A stretch of DNA of 64,000 bases from Candidatus Hodarchaeota archaeon (GTDB lineage Archaea > Asgardarchaeota > Lokiarchaeia > Sigyniarchaeales > SOKP01): positions 10,958 through 74,957 of the forward strand of contig JBHLKM010000005.1 in the NCBI GenBank assembly GCA_048886685.1, written 5' to 3'. Positions within the stretch are counted from its first letter, which is position 1. Each line of letters starts with the position of its first letter. The position numbers and the translations under genes are program-made. Shown here in pieces: positions 29,483 through 39,484 of the stretch. Under the pieces are notes generated by a model. The model was not told the origin of the DNA. It made no database searches and saw nothing but the letters and a program-made list of their open reading frames with translations.

Positions 29483-32212
29483 TCATACTAAATATAATTC
29501 TTTCAATAAATCCATTAACTTATTTTTTGAATCATTATCTTCTGGATTATTAATTAATCTTTTTTGATAAAATATTATATTTGGATATTTTACTTCAAGT
29601 TTATTAAATAATTTTACCCAGGATTCAAAGTTATGTAAATGCTCATATACTTCTAGATCTTCCGCAAAAGATTTTAGTTCCTTCTTCTCTTGAGTTGAAA
29701 AAATTTCTTTATATTTTTTAACACTAACACCTTGATCTCTTAGGAATTTCTTATTCGCTCTACGAACGAAAGCATCTAAACCACTTCTCCACTTTACATA
29801 TTTCTCATTTATTTTATCAATAATTTCCTGTATTAACTTAATTTCTTGAGGGAAAACTGTGTCTTCTTGTTTTGTTAATATTTTTTTAATTTTATCAAAT
29901 TCTGATTCAAAAATTTGATTATATTTATTTACATTTTTCTCGAATTCAAATAGAACTGTATTATAATCTTTCGCAAATAATACTTCATTACTAGAAAATG
30001 TTAAAGTCTCTAGATCGAATGTGCCTTTTAACTTCCCTTTTTTTATTAAATCATCAAAAATTTCTTTTAATAATTCGATTTCATCATTATTTAATTCTTT
30101 TCCATAGAATAAATCGCTAAAGGAAAATAAGAAACTATTTTCCAACATTAAATTACGAATTCCTCTTTCTGTAAAAAATTGTAATTGTCCTTCATTTTCA
30201 TAGAAAATACCTTTTAATTTTCCATCCTTTAGTAGATCTTTAATTAGTTCTTCAATCAAATTAGATCTAATATTTAAATTTCCTAATGCGAGACATTCTT
30301 CTGATTTTGATTTATCTAGCAACAGATATTTAATCTCATTCTTAGCTTCTTCAATTTTCACGGTATTGAATATTAAGTCATCATCTTTTTTAAAATATGT
30401 AATCCCTAATTCACCAATATATTTCAAAAAAGCTTCTAATTCCATTCCAGTTTTTTCAATGTATTCACTAACTTTTATCTGGTTTTTGTTCTTAATCTCT
30501 TCAACAATTAATTGTAGATTCTCATCAATTTTAGTTATGATTAAATTTTTATCAATATTCAACTCTTTAGCTAATAAATCAATTTCTTTAGATTTTTCTA
30601 CTTCATTTGAAATCGAACTAATTGTTTCTATTTTTTCTGTCAAAAATTTAGAATAATAGAATACCTCCTTTCTTTTATCCCAAATTCCACTTCTATGATC
30701 AACAGTTTGATCAAATACATCTATTAGTAGGATTTGGTCAATGTTTATTTTTTTTGAGTTCTTCATAATATCAAAGAATCCAAAAATTTTTGAACTTTGG
30801 ATTTCATTTGATATTTTAAGAGTACCTAAGTTAGTTAACCATTGAGTTCCTTTATGATAATTAGATAAATAATCCTTAGGTAAATTTTTAATTAAATTGA
30901 TAAAATCTTCATCATTTAATCTTTCTCGATATGATTTTAAATCAATTACACTACTTTTTGCTGCCTCTTGATTTATTTGTTTTTGTATCTTCTTTAGAGA
31001 ATAATAAGTATTTTTATCTTTTCCTAATAGTAGTTTATCTTTTTGAGACATCCTTATATCTTTTATTATATCTCCGATAAATTGAGGTGGAAGATAATTA
31101 TATTTGTTTACGTTAATAATTCCTTTTCGAATCAAATCATTTTCTAGTATCGACTTAATATAATTGAATGAATAGAATAATCCTAAATTTGAGTAATAGC
31201 CCTTAATAATTTTTAAATTTATCAAAGTTTGGATAAAAATCTTTAATTCTGAATCATCCTGGATTATTTGAGAAAATATATCTTGTAGTTTTTGTTGAGA
31301 TATTTTCAATCCTTCTTCAAAAAGGGTAATTAACTTATCTCTTTCAAGCTCATAAACAAATATTAAATTATCTTTTGTTTTTGTATAGAAAAAAATCTTT
31401 TGATCTTTCAAAACAGATTTTTTAATTTCTTTAATATAATCTTTTAATGATATATTTGAATTTCTTGATAATTTAGTAAAATTAGTTTTTTTCATAAGAA
31501 ATTGCTTATCTAATAAGGCTATTATATCATCAATTTTCAGAGTTTCTAAATCGTTTTCTTTCAAATCTGGAAAAAATTGTAGGAGGAGTTTTAGAAGACT
31601 TTTTACAATTTCAGACATAGTATCGTCATAATATGATGAGATTAATGATTTTGAAATATCCCTCAGATGGTATAATTGATCAAATCCCAAATCTTTACAA
31701 AATCCAAGTAAATCAAATAAGGATAACAAATTTTCTTTATTTTGCTCCATAGAAAGACTATTTAATAGATTATCTTTAATAAGATTAACTAAATTTGGGT
31801 TTCTTTTGACTAATTTAAGTAAAAAAAAGTGAACATTATCTCTCAAATCATCCGATTGGTCTGTTAAATATTCCCCTAATTTATTAAAGTGCTTCTTAAT
31901 AAGGTCTTGATTTGCTAGAAGAGCAAATCCAATAATGATTAATGAATTTACTCTTAATTTTACTTGATCAGAACCGAGAAGATTATCTACTTTTTGAATA
32001 ATTCGCTCGGTTATTAGGTCAATATTATGTTCTGCTAGGATACTTAAGATATATGTAATCGGTATAGCAAGTTCAGATTTATCTAATAAACTCTCTAATT
32101 CTTCTATTACTTTTATTACTTTTTGAGTTTTATTTTTACTTAGAAATTTGTTAAGCTTGTCAACAATAGGTTCAAGAACCAAATTGTCTTGAAATTCTTT
32201 TAGATTAAACAT
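29483..32212 (-). CDS. Large scaffold protein: N-terminal HEAT repeats plus tandem winged-helix (PCI/UFL1-like) repeats
   Basis: HEAT-like LLGSDQVKLRVNSL and LTDQSDDLRDNV; repeated LIxxGKLKGxF (LINLKIIKGYY, LLKDGKLKGIF, LIKKGKLKGTFD). Confidence 0.65.
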   Translation of the reverse strand: MFNLKEFQDNLVLEPIVDKLNKFLSKNKTQKVIKVIEELESLLDKSELAIPITYILSILAEHNIDLITERIIQKVDNLLGSDQVKLRVNSLIIIGFALLANQDLIKKHFNKLGEYLTDQSDDLRDNVHFFLLKLVKRNPNLVNLIKDNLLNSLSMEQNKENLLSLFDLLGFCKDLGFDQLYHLRDISKSLISSYYDDTMSEIVKSLLKLLLQFFPDLKENDLETLKIDDIIALLDKQFLMKKTNFTKLSRNSNISLKDYIKEIKKSVLKDQKIFFYTKTKDNLIFVYELERDKLITLFEEGLKISQQKLQDIFSQIIQDDSELKIFIQTLINLKIIKGYYSNLGLFYSFNYIKSILENDLIRKGIINVNKYNYLPPQFIGDIIKDIRMSQKDKLLLGKDKNTYYSLKKIQKQINQEAAKSSVIDLKSYRERLNDEDFINLIKNLPKDYLSNYHKGTQWLTNLGTLKISNEIQSSKIFGFFDIMKNSKKINIDQILLIDVFDQTVDHRSGIWDKRKEVFYYSKFLTEKIETISSISNEVEKSKEIDLLAKELNIDKNLIITKIDENLQLIVEEIKNKNQIKVSEYIEKTGMELEAFLKYIGELGITYFKKDDDLIFNTVKIEEAKNEIKYLLLDKSKSEECLALGNLNIRSNLIEELIKDLLKDGKLKGIFYENEGQLQFFTERGIRNLMLENSFLFSFSDLFYGKELNNDEIELLKEIFDDLIKKGKLKGTFDLETLTFSSNEVLFAKDYNTVLFEFEKNVNKYNQIFESEFDKIKKILTKQEDTVFPQEIKLIQEIIDKINEKYVKWRSGLDAFVRRANKKFLRDQGVSVKKYKEIFSTQEKKELKSFAEDLEVYEHLHNFESWVKLFNKLEVKYPNIIFYQKRLINNPEDNDSKNKLMDLLKELYLV

Positions 32213-32251
32213 TTTAAAAAAATATTAAACATGTATAATGAACTGTAATTG

Positions 32252-32977
32252 TTAATCCAATAAGAATTTTTTGAAGGGTTCAATTTCTAAAATATCCTTA
32301 ATTTCTTTAATTATAAAAGATGGTTTTGAATCTTCTAGACTTTCTCGAGTACCATGACCAGAAAGCAACGCAATACTTTTAACTTCTGCGTTCTTAGCAC
32401 AATAAATATCTTGAGGGAGATCACCTATATAGTAAACATCGTTGTTATTTATTGAAATTTTAAGAATTTTCTTGATTTCTTTTAAGGCGACATAAATGGG
32501 ATAAGGATTTGGTTTTCTGTAAGGAGTTTCGTTTCTTGAGATAAAGACAGAAAAATATTTGTTTAAATTTAATTGTCCTATAAAATGATCTAACCGATTT
32601 CCACTTGTATTTGAGACTATTCCTAAGATAAAATTATTTTCTTTAAGTTTATTTAGTACAGCTTCTAGATCAGTTTTTAAAGTCTCATATTTCTCGTATT
32701 TGGGATAAGTGCTCCTGAATTTCATAAAAAATAGAATTCTTTTCCACAAACTGGGAATATATTGTTTATAAATTTTGACTATTCTTAAAAAAGCTTTTAC
32801 TCTATTTTTTGAATCTGCTTCTTCGAAGATTCGAGCTAAGTCTATAAGCCTTAATTTTTCCGTATTTCTCCAATTATAAAAACTCTTCTTTAAAAAAACT
32901 GAAGCTGTATATTCTAAAGATTTTTGAGTAATGATAACTCCATCAAAATCAAATAGAATTATAGGTCGATGAGACAT
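32252..32977 (-). CDS. HAD-superfamily hydrolase (phosphoglycolate phosphatase-like)
   Basis: FDFDGV, IVSN, RKPNP, IGDLPQD. Confidence 0.92.
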   Translation of the reverse strand: MSHRPIILFDFDGVIITQKSLEYTASVFLKKSFYNWRNTEKLRLIDLARIFEEADSKNRVKAFLRIVKIYKQYIPSLWKRILFFMKFRSTYPKYEKYETLKTDLEAVLNKLKENNFILGIVSNTSGNRLDHFIGQLNLNKYFSVFISRNETPYRKPNPYPIYVALKEIKKILKISINNNDVYYIGDLPQDIYCAKNAEVKSIALLSGHGTRESLEDSKPSFIIKEIKDILEIEPFKKFLLD

Positions 32978-33083
32978 ATGTGTATTTAAAAGTGTGATTT
33001 AACTCTTAAACTTAATTATATGCGCTAAACAGTAAATAGAAATAAAATATAAAAAAAATTGAATGATTTAATTAAAACTCTTA

Positions 33084-33770
33084 TTAATCGATTTCATCCG
33101 GTTCCACAGAAACGTGAGAAAGCAACCAATCAAGTTGTCGTTCCTTTTTATTGATATTGAGAACAGTGGGTAATATCATAACTTCATCCGCTTTTCCTGG
33201 CATTATTGTAAACTTCCCGGCTCGGAGCATGAAGAATTCAAAAACATCAGGAATTTCTTTTTTAAATCTTAGACTTTTTACTGGAAATCTCTCGGCTGAA
33301 CTAAAAATACCAGCTTTATGGATGATTTCATTTCTTTCAATTTTATAATACTCGAATCTAGTACTAATCAACACAATCCCTAAAATGAACGCCAAGATTA
33401 TTGACATTACCATATAGAATTGCCAAGGCAAGCCTAAAAAGACATCTATATCCGCAGTAGATACCGTGAAATTGGGCAATACTAAGAATATAACAATCAA
33501 AATCACAATGACAATAGCTAGAATTAAAACAAAGAACTTGGTTGAGGAAAAATCGAAAGCAGTTACAAAAATATTTACAAAGAATACAATAAACCAAGCA
33601 TAACCTAATGCACTAGCATTATCTCCAGTATTATCATATATAATCGCCTGAATTAACCATAGAATAAGGGATGTTATCAGTAAAGGCCAATAAAATATTA
33701 CTTTGGGATAACTCCTTATGAATATCTCATTTGGGTATTTTACTTTTTTTTCAGACATAATTTCATTCAC
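33084..33770 (-). CDS. 4-TM membrane protein with C-terminal bacterial-PH-like domain (paralog A)
   Basis: YYKIERNEIIHKAGIFS..ERFPV..LRFKKEIPDVFEFF...AGKFTI. Confidence 0.75.
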   Translation of the reverse strand: MNEIMSEKKVKYPNEIFIRSYPKVIFYWPLLITSLILWLIQAIIYDNTGDNASALGYAWFIVFFVNIFVTAFDFSSTKFFVLILAIVIVILIVIFLVLPNFTVSTADIDVFLGLPWQFYMVMSIILAFILGIVLISTRFEYYKIERNEIIHKAGIFSSAERFPVKSLRFKKEIPDVFEFFMLRAGKFTIMPGKADEVMILPTVLNINKKERQLDWLLSHVSVEPDEID

Positions 33771-33987
33771 TACGTCTTTTTTTTTTTTATAATTTAAAGT
33801 AGATTATTAAAATAATAGATAGATGTGTTATTTAAATATTAGTATCTAATAGATTTACCTTAAATAAAGAAAAATTATAGTATATTCATTCACATTTAGG
33901 TTTTTTGACTTTTTAAATTAATAAGATATTTGACAAATTTTATCACAAATTTAAAATTTATGTAGTTTTTCTGAACAAAATCTATTC

Positions 33988-34656
33988 TCATATGATCTGA
34001 AGGCTACTTAAAAGAAGATCGATGCGTTCAGCTTTTTTTTTCACATTTAGAACTGTATTTAAGTGGACAATTTTATTATCTTTTGGAAACATAAGAGTAA
34101 TTGTTCCTGCTTTGAACAATAGATATTCAAATAAATCTGGAATCTCTTTTTTGATCCTAAGACCTCTTACCGGAAAACGTTCTAAGGATGTAGAAAAAAA
34201 TCCTGTTTTATGAATAACCTCATTTCTTTCAATACGATAATAGTCAAATCTTGAACTAACTATAACTAATCCTAAGATCAGCCCTAAAATGATTGCCATT
34301 ATCATATAAAACTCAGCTGACAATCCAATCCTAAAATTTTGACCAACTATACCTAACTGTTTTAATGTTGGTATCAAACCAAGAAAGATAGCTAACAAAA
34401 CAACGATAACCACTCCCAGAATTAATATCAAAACTCTGTAAGAAGGAAAATCCAAAGCAGTTACCGTAAAATTTGAAAAGAATATAACTACCCAGATTAA
34501 TCCAAACCATGGATTAAAATCTGTTAAAAATGATTGAGCAATGCAAAATGTAACTGACACTAAAAACAATGGTGTAAAAAATATAGCTTTAGGGAAATTT
34601 CTTAGAATTATTTGATTATTTCTTAAAGAATTACTTGTTCCCATTTTTTCTCCCAT
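33988..34656 (-). CDS. 4-TM membrane protein with C-terminal bacterial-PH-like domain (paralog B)
   Basis: YYRIERNEVIHKTGFFS...ERFPV..LRIKKEIPDLFEYL...AGTITL; collinear with the downstream paralog. Confidence 0.75.
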   Translation of the reverse strand: MGEKMGTSNSLRNNQIILRNFPKAIFFTPLFLVSVTFCIAQSFLTDFNPWFGLIWVVIFFSNFTVTALDFPSYRVLILILGVVIVVLLAIFLGLIPTLKQLGIVGQNFRIGLSAEFYMIMAIILGLILGLVIVSSRFDYYRIERNEVIHKTGFFSTSLERFPVRGLRIKKEIPDLFEYLLFKAGTITLMFPKDNKIVHLNTVLNVKKKAERIDLLLSSLQII

Positions 34657-34797
34657 GGTTATAAGTAAAATACTTTTTTGATGTCTATAATAGATTTCAC
34701 ATTATTTAATATAATACTTCTCTAAAAAAAATTACTATTATTTAATCGAATTTGTGCAAATATAATCTAAAAAATAGCAATAAATTTCCAAGAGAGA

Positions 34798-35547
34798 TTA
34801 ATAAAAAGAATCTATTGTTTTAATCATTTTATAAGAGAGTTCCACTGATTTATTCCCGTTTTCACTGATTCCCATATGACCTGGAAGGAGATACTTTACA
34901 TCTAAGTTATTTACAAATTTTATTGAATTAATTAATGTAGGTAATGAACCACCTGGAAAATCATATCTCCCAAAACTACCTCCTATAAAGATCAGGTCAC
35001 CAGGAATCAAAACTTTTTTTCCTGGCTCATAATAGCATACTGAACCTGAAGAATGGCCTGGGGTATGATAAATCTCAAAATTAAAATCAGAAGAAATTTT
35101 TATCTCTTTTAAATTACTTAAATCATTAATTTGAAGAGGAGTAATCTCAATTCCAAATCTATTCGCAGTTAAACCGAATATAACAGGTAAAATTCTCCTT
35201 TCTTCTCCTTTTTCTAATATTTTTGCTGTTTCACCGTAAGCATAAATTACTGGAGGGTCATCTTTCAAAATATCTAGCAGTTTATAGATGCCTAAGACAT
35301 GATCTACATGTTCATGAGTAAGGAACACTTTAGTAATTCGTTTGTAATTCAAATTAAATCTTCCCATTCCCTTAATCAAACCATCAAGGGAAATTGCATT
35401 ACCCGCATCGAATAAACTAAGATCACCGGTATTACTATCTTTAATAATATATTGATTACAATCAAGCATCTGATTTTCTGAGAAATAATATAAATCTGTA
35501 ATAATCTCCTTACCTAATTTCTCAGAATCATCCCTAGAAAAAAACAT
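34798..35547 (-). CDS. Metallo-beta-lactamase-fold hydrolase
   Basis: THEHVDH, HTPGHS, GDL, PGH. Confidence 0.92.
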   Translation of the reverse strand: MFFSRDDSEKLGKEIITDLYYFSENQMLDCNQYIIKDSNTGDLSLFDAGNAISLDGLIKGMGRFNLNYKRITKVFLTHEHVDHVLGIYKLLDILKDDPPVIYAYGETAKILEKGEERRILPVIFGLTANRFGIEITPLQINDLSNLKEIKISSDFNFEIYHTPGHSSGSVCYYEPGKKVLIPGDLIFIGGSFGRYDFPGGSLPTLINSIKFVNNLDVKYLLPGHMGISENGNKSVELSYKMIKTIDSFY

Positions 35548-35652
35548 AATATTTCAATTTAAGATCTATTTTAACCAAATAAAATTAGCTTGATTTTAAT
35601 GTTTTTCTTTTAAAAGATATAAATATTAATAATCAGAAAATAAATTATAATT

Positions 35653-36033
35653 ATGTCTAAAGAACCCAAAATTGAAAAATTAAAATCTAAAATCAGTTTT
35701 GGTATAAAATTTTGGCTCCAATTCGAGAATAAGAGTATATTAGGTAGTGGATGGGCAAAACTGTTAAAAAATATCGAAAAAAATAAGGAGGGTTCTTTAA
35801 CTCAAGCGGCTAAAGAATGTAATTATTCTTATAAGTATGCTTGGAATATTCTGAAGAGAATCGAAAAAAGAACTGGGATGCCTGTTGTAATAACAGGTAA
35901 AGGTGGCACAGGAGGTGGAGGATGGATTAAATTGAATGAATGGGGTCATTATCTTTTAGACACATATAATCAATATTTTAAAGAGATCAGTAAAATTGAA
36001 CAAAATCTTGAAGGAACCGTGAAAACAGACTAA
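35653..36033 (+). CDS. ModE N-terminal-type winged-helix regulator
   Basis: GSLTQAAKECNYSYKYAW, GGTGGGG wing. Confidence 0.88.
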   Translation: MSKEPKIEKLKSKISFGIKFWLQFENKSILGSGWAKLLKNIEKNKEGSLTQAAKECNYSYKYAWNILKRIEKRTGMPVVITGKGGTGGGGWIKLNEWGHYLLDTYNQYFKEISKIEQNLEGTVKTD

Positions 36034-36140
36034 TAAATAAATTTTAATTTAAGAAATGATTATTTTCATTAAGTTTAAGACAATGAAATAGATTTTTTTA
36101 GAAAAGAATTTTAAAAAAATTTAATATATGGGGTTTTAAT

Positions 36141-36569
36141 ATGGGGGAAGATCGCTTACAAAAATTTAGCCAAATAAAAGTATCGGAGATTATGATCAAG
36201 GATCCCCTTTCTATAACTCCAGATGAGAAAATTAGTACAACAGAACTTTTAATGTTGAGGAAAAAAATCGGAGGGCTCCCTGTAGTTAAGGATCGTAAAA
36301 AAAGTCAATTAATTGGAATTATCACCCAGCGAGATATACGTTTAGCTAGATTTGCTATGAGTTTAGAATCACCAAATACAACTGTGAAAGACTTAATGAC
36401 TTCTGAACCTTATGTAGTTAAAGAGGATGAGACATTAAGAAGTGTTTTAGAATTAATGTTTGGAAAAAATATCCAACGCTTACCTGTTGTAAATGATAAT
36501 AACCAATTAATTGGATTAATTGTACAAAACCAAATCTTAAAAAAATTATTTGACTATATGAAAACATAA
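36141..36569 (+). CDS. CBS-pair protein
   Basis: Two CBS motifs (GLPVV..LIGIITQRD; RLPVV..LIGLI). Confidence 0.9.
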   Translation: MGEDRLQKFSQIKVSEIMIKDPLSITPDEKISTTELLMLRKKIGGLPVVKDRKKSQLIGIITQRDIRLARFAMSLESPNTTVKDLMTSEPYVVKEDETLRSVLELMFGKNIQRLPVVNDNNQLIGLIVQNQILKKLFDYMKT

Positions 36570-36648
36570 GGAAAAAACAAAATAAAATTATAAAAACTAT
36601 AAAAATCATAGTTTTGATAATTAAAAATAATAAGAGCGTTGATTCAAA

Positions 36649-38172
36649 ATGGCAATACCCCTACCTGGTACACCAATCATAATCGATATAGGTTCTGCTT
36701 ACGTAAAAGTTGGATTTGCAGGAGAACCAGGTCCTAGATTTGTATTTCCTTGCATTACGGGCACTGAGAAATATAAAGCCGTAATGGTTGACGTAAGTGC
36801 AAGAAGTATATACGTTGGTAATGATGTTTCGCGAATGAGGGGCGTACTTAAAATCAAACACCCAATAGAAAGGGGCGCAATTATGGATTGGGACAGTTTC
36901 TACGAAATCCTCAACTATATTTTCTATTCTCTATTGAGGATTGAAAATTTATCGGATTATCCAGTATTTTATTGTGAATCACCTTTCATGAATAAAGAGA
37001 CTAAAGAATATATCGCTAGACTTCTATTTGAAACACATAGGATTAGAAGTCTTATTATGATGCCTACACCCTTATTGTCATTATTCAGTGTTGGATTGAC
37101 AACAGGATTAGTTATAGAATCAGGTGATGGTCTAACTTGGGTAGTTCCCATTATAAATGGTCAAATGATTGAGCATTCTGTACAAAAGCTTCCCCTAGCT
37201 GGTGTTGATGTAAATCACAATCTAAAGAATCTTTTAATGAGGGAAGGAATAAATATAGCATCAAGTGCAGCCGATGAAATCATTCAAGAAATTAAAGAAA
37301 AAAATTGTTATTTTGTTTTAGACCCAAATAATACCCCAAAAACGAACGAGATGTTCAGTATTCCAATGCCAGATGGTTCTACTATAAATATACCTAATTA
37401 TATTCTCTCTCAAGCACCAGAAGTTTTATTCAATCCAAGTATGTTAGGGTATAGCACTGTTATGAATTTACCTGATGCTGTAATCGCTAGCTTGAGAGTA
37501 TTAGATAATAATTACTGGCACGATTTATTATCTCATATTGTGATTTCAGGAGGAAATCTTTCATATAGTGGTTTTGAGGAACGATTCGAATCTGAGATGA
37601 ATGCTATCCTCCCTCAATTAGGTTCAATCCCAAGACCAAAACCCATTCTTTCAACAGTCAAAAATGAACTAATTCAACTCCAAGTTGCTGAAATTTCAAA
37701 GAAAAAAAGTGATACGTGTAGTCATTGTGGAGCGTTTGTAGATTTATCTTCTAGTATCGAACATTGTCCTTCATGTGGAGGGAGATTAATTTTGCCTGAA
37801 ATAAAAATTGAGTTATCTTCCTCAAGTGGGAAAAAAGACATAGAAAAGAGATTATGCCCCTTCTGTAAAAAAGAGATTGCGGATATATCCTCATTATTTT
37901 GTCCCTACTGTGGAAAATCAATAGAAAGCTTAGAGAAAACTGAAGTTCCTAAAGTTGAAAAACCAAAAACGGCTGCTCAAGAATTCACTGAATACATGGA
38001 GGCCTCTAGTAAAGTTTTGGAACTTTTTGTGCCTGATAATCTACAATTTACTATCTTCAATGGAGCAGCTATTCTAGGAAGTTTACCATCGTTTCAGAAT
38101 CTCTTTATCACCTATGATCAATTTCAAACTAATAAAGATCTCTTATATAGAGATATAAGCGAGATTCTTTGA
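36649..38172 (+). CDS. Actin-related protein (Asgard actin family) with inserted double zinc-ribbon region
   Basis: IIIDIGSAYVKVGFAGE..PRFVFP, PIERG, ESGDG, IKEKNCY, PEVLFNPS, ISGGN, GAAILGSL; insert with four CxxC motifs. Confidence 0.92.
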   Translation: MAIPLPGTPIIIDIGSAYVKVGFAGEPGPRFVFPCITGTEKYKAVMVDVSARSIYVGNDVSRMRGVLKIKHPIERGAIMDWDSFYEILNYIFYSLLRIENLSDYPVFYCESPFMNKETKEYIARLLFETHRIRSLIMMPTPLLSLFSVGLTTGLVIESGDGLTWVVPIINGQMIEHSVQKLPLAGVDVNHNLKNLLMREGINIASSAADEIIQEIKEKNCYFVLDPNNTPKTNEMFSIPMPDGSTINIPNYILSQAPEVLFNPSMLGYSTVMNLPDAVIASLRVLDNNYWHDLLSHIVISGGNLSYSGFEERFESEMNAILPQLGSIPRPKPILSTVKNELIQLQVAEISKKKSDTCSHCGAFVDLSSSIEHCPSCGGRLILPEIKIELSSSSGKKDIEKRLCPFCKKEIADISSLFCPYCGKSIESLEKTEVPKVEKPKTAAQEFTEYMEASSKVLELFVPDNLQFTIFNGAAILGSLPSFQNLFITYDQFQTNKDLLYRDISEIL

Positions 38173-38303
38173 AATTTCAGGATTAACTACCTATTTGTCT
38201 TTTTAAAAGATATCTAATTAATAAGTCCTACTGATAGATAGTTTTTAATTTCAAGGTAAATTTAAACAATTAAAATTTTATTCAATTAGCTTAGGTTGTT
38301 TAT

Positions 38304-39395
38304 TTGAAGACCAAATTTCGGTATTTCACTATTACACTAATAGTATTTTTTTTTATTTTAAATATAATTCCGATTGCATTGGGTAAAACTCGAAATGCTT
38401 ATTTAATTGATTTTATTTATAACCAAGAGATAGAAGGTGAAGGATTTAGAAATGGGCTTAAAGGGGGAGACCCAAGTAAGGAAGCAACAGCTTATGCTTT
38501 AGAAATTTTGGATTACTATGACCGATCACCACATAGAAATACTGATCTCAAATCATACTTAGAATCAGAATTAGAAACTATGTTTGACAATGATGAAATT
38601 GTACTATATGATTTATACTACTTGCTTAAATCCTTAGATCTATTAGATTCTCCACCTGAGGCTAGGTTAAAAGAAAGAATCCATAATTTTATTAATGGGA
38701 CTGAACAAATTGGTGGAGGATTTTCATTTTCAAATACCTCTTCGTTAGCAAGTATGAGTTCAACATACTTTATTGTTCAAGTTTTTACATTAATACAAGA
38801 ACCTATACCAAATAGAACTGTTCATAAAGATTGGATCTTATCATGCAATAATAGTGATGGTGGGTACGGTGCTAACAGCAGTTTATCTTCTACCTTACTC
38901 ACTACTTATTACGCTGTGTATCTTTTAGATGCACTTAACTCAGTGAATGATCTAGCCAATATAAATCAGACTTCAACTTACTTAAATTCTTTTTACGTAA
39001 AAAATCCATCAGATATAAATAATTTTGGAGGAGGATTACCTGATCCCATAGCTGATTACGCATTGATAAGTAGTACCTATCACTATGTAAGTGCTATTTC
39101 TATCATAAATAAAGAAATGCTCAATAAAGAGCAAACTGCTAAGTGGGTATTATCTCGTCAATATTTTCAAGATGGAGGTTTTGCAGATATAACAGAAGGA
39201 ACAAGTCAGCGAGCATCATCTGTAATTACATCATATTATGCTTTTGAGACTTTAAATATATCTGGTTCTTTGAGTAAATTATCAGCAGATGTGTTTATGG
39301 TAGAGTTCGACTATTGGATTTTAATAATCATATTTGCAAGTATTGGTTTAATCGCAGGTATATGGGTAATTGTTTGGAGAAGGAGAAGAATTTAA
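38304..39395 (+). CDS. Prenyltransferase/squalene-cyclase-repeat (alpha/alpha toroid) surface protein
   Basis: Signal peptide; repeats xxGGF..S....TYY (EGEGF, IGGGF, SDGGY, QDGGF); C-terminal TM helix plus RRRR. Confidence 0.8.
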   Translation: MKTKFRYFTITLIVFFFILNIIPIALGKTRNAYLIDFIYNQEIEGEGFRNGLKGGDPSKEATAYALEILDYYDRSPHRNTDLKSYLESELETMFDNDEIVLYDLYYLLKSLDLLDSPPEARLKERIHNFINGTEQIGGGFSFSNTSSLASMSSTYFIVQVFTLIQEPIPNRTVHKDWILSCNNSDGGYGANSSLSSTLLTTYYAVYLLDALNSVNDLANINQTSTYLNSFYVKNPSDINNFGGGLPDPIADYALISSTYHYVSAISIINKEMLNKEQTAKWVLSRQYFQDGGFADITEGTSQRASSVITSYYAFETLNISGSLSKLSADVFMVEFDYWILIIIFASIGLIAGIWVIVWRRRRI

Positions 39396-39484
39396 AATTT
39401 TTTTACTGAAACCAAAGAATTTTCAAATGAGTTATTCTTATTTTAATATGTCTATAATTCAAACATTCATGCAGAAATCAAATT

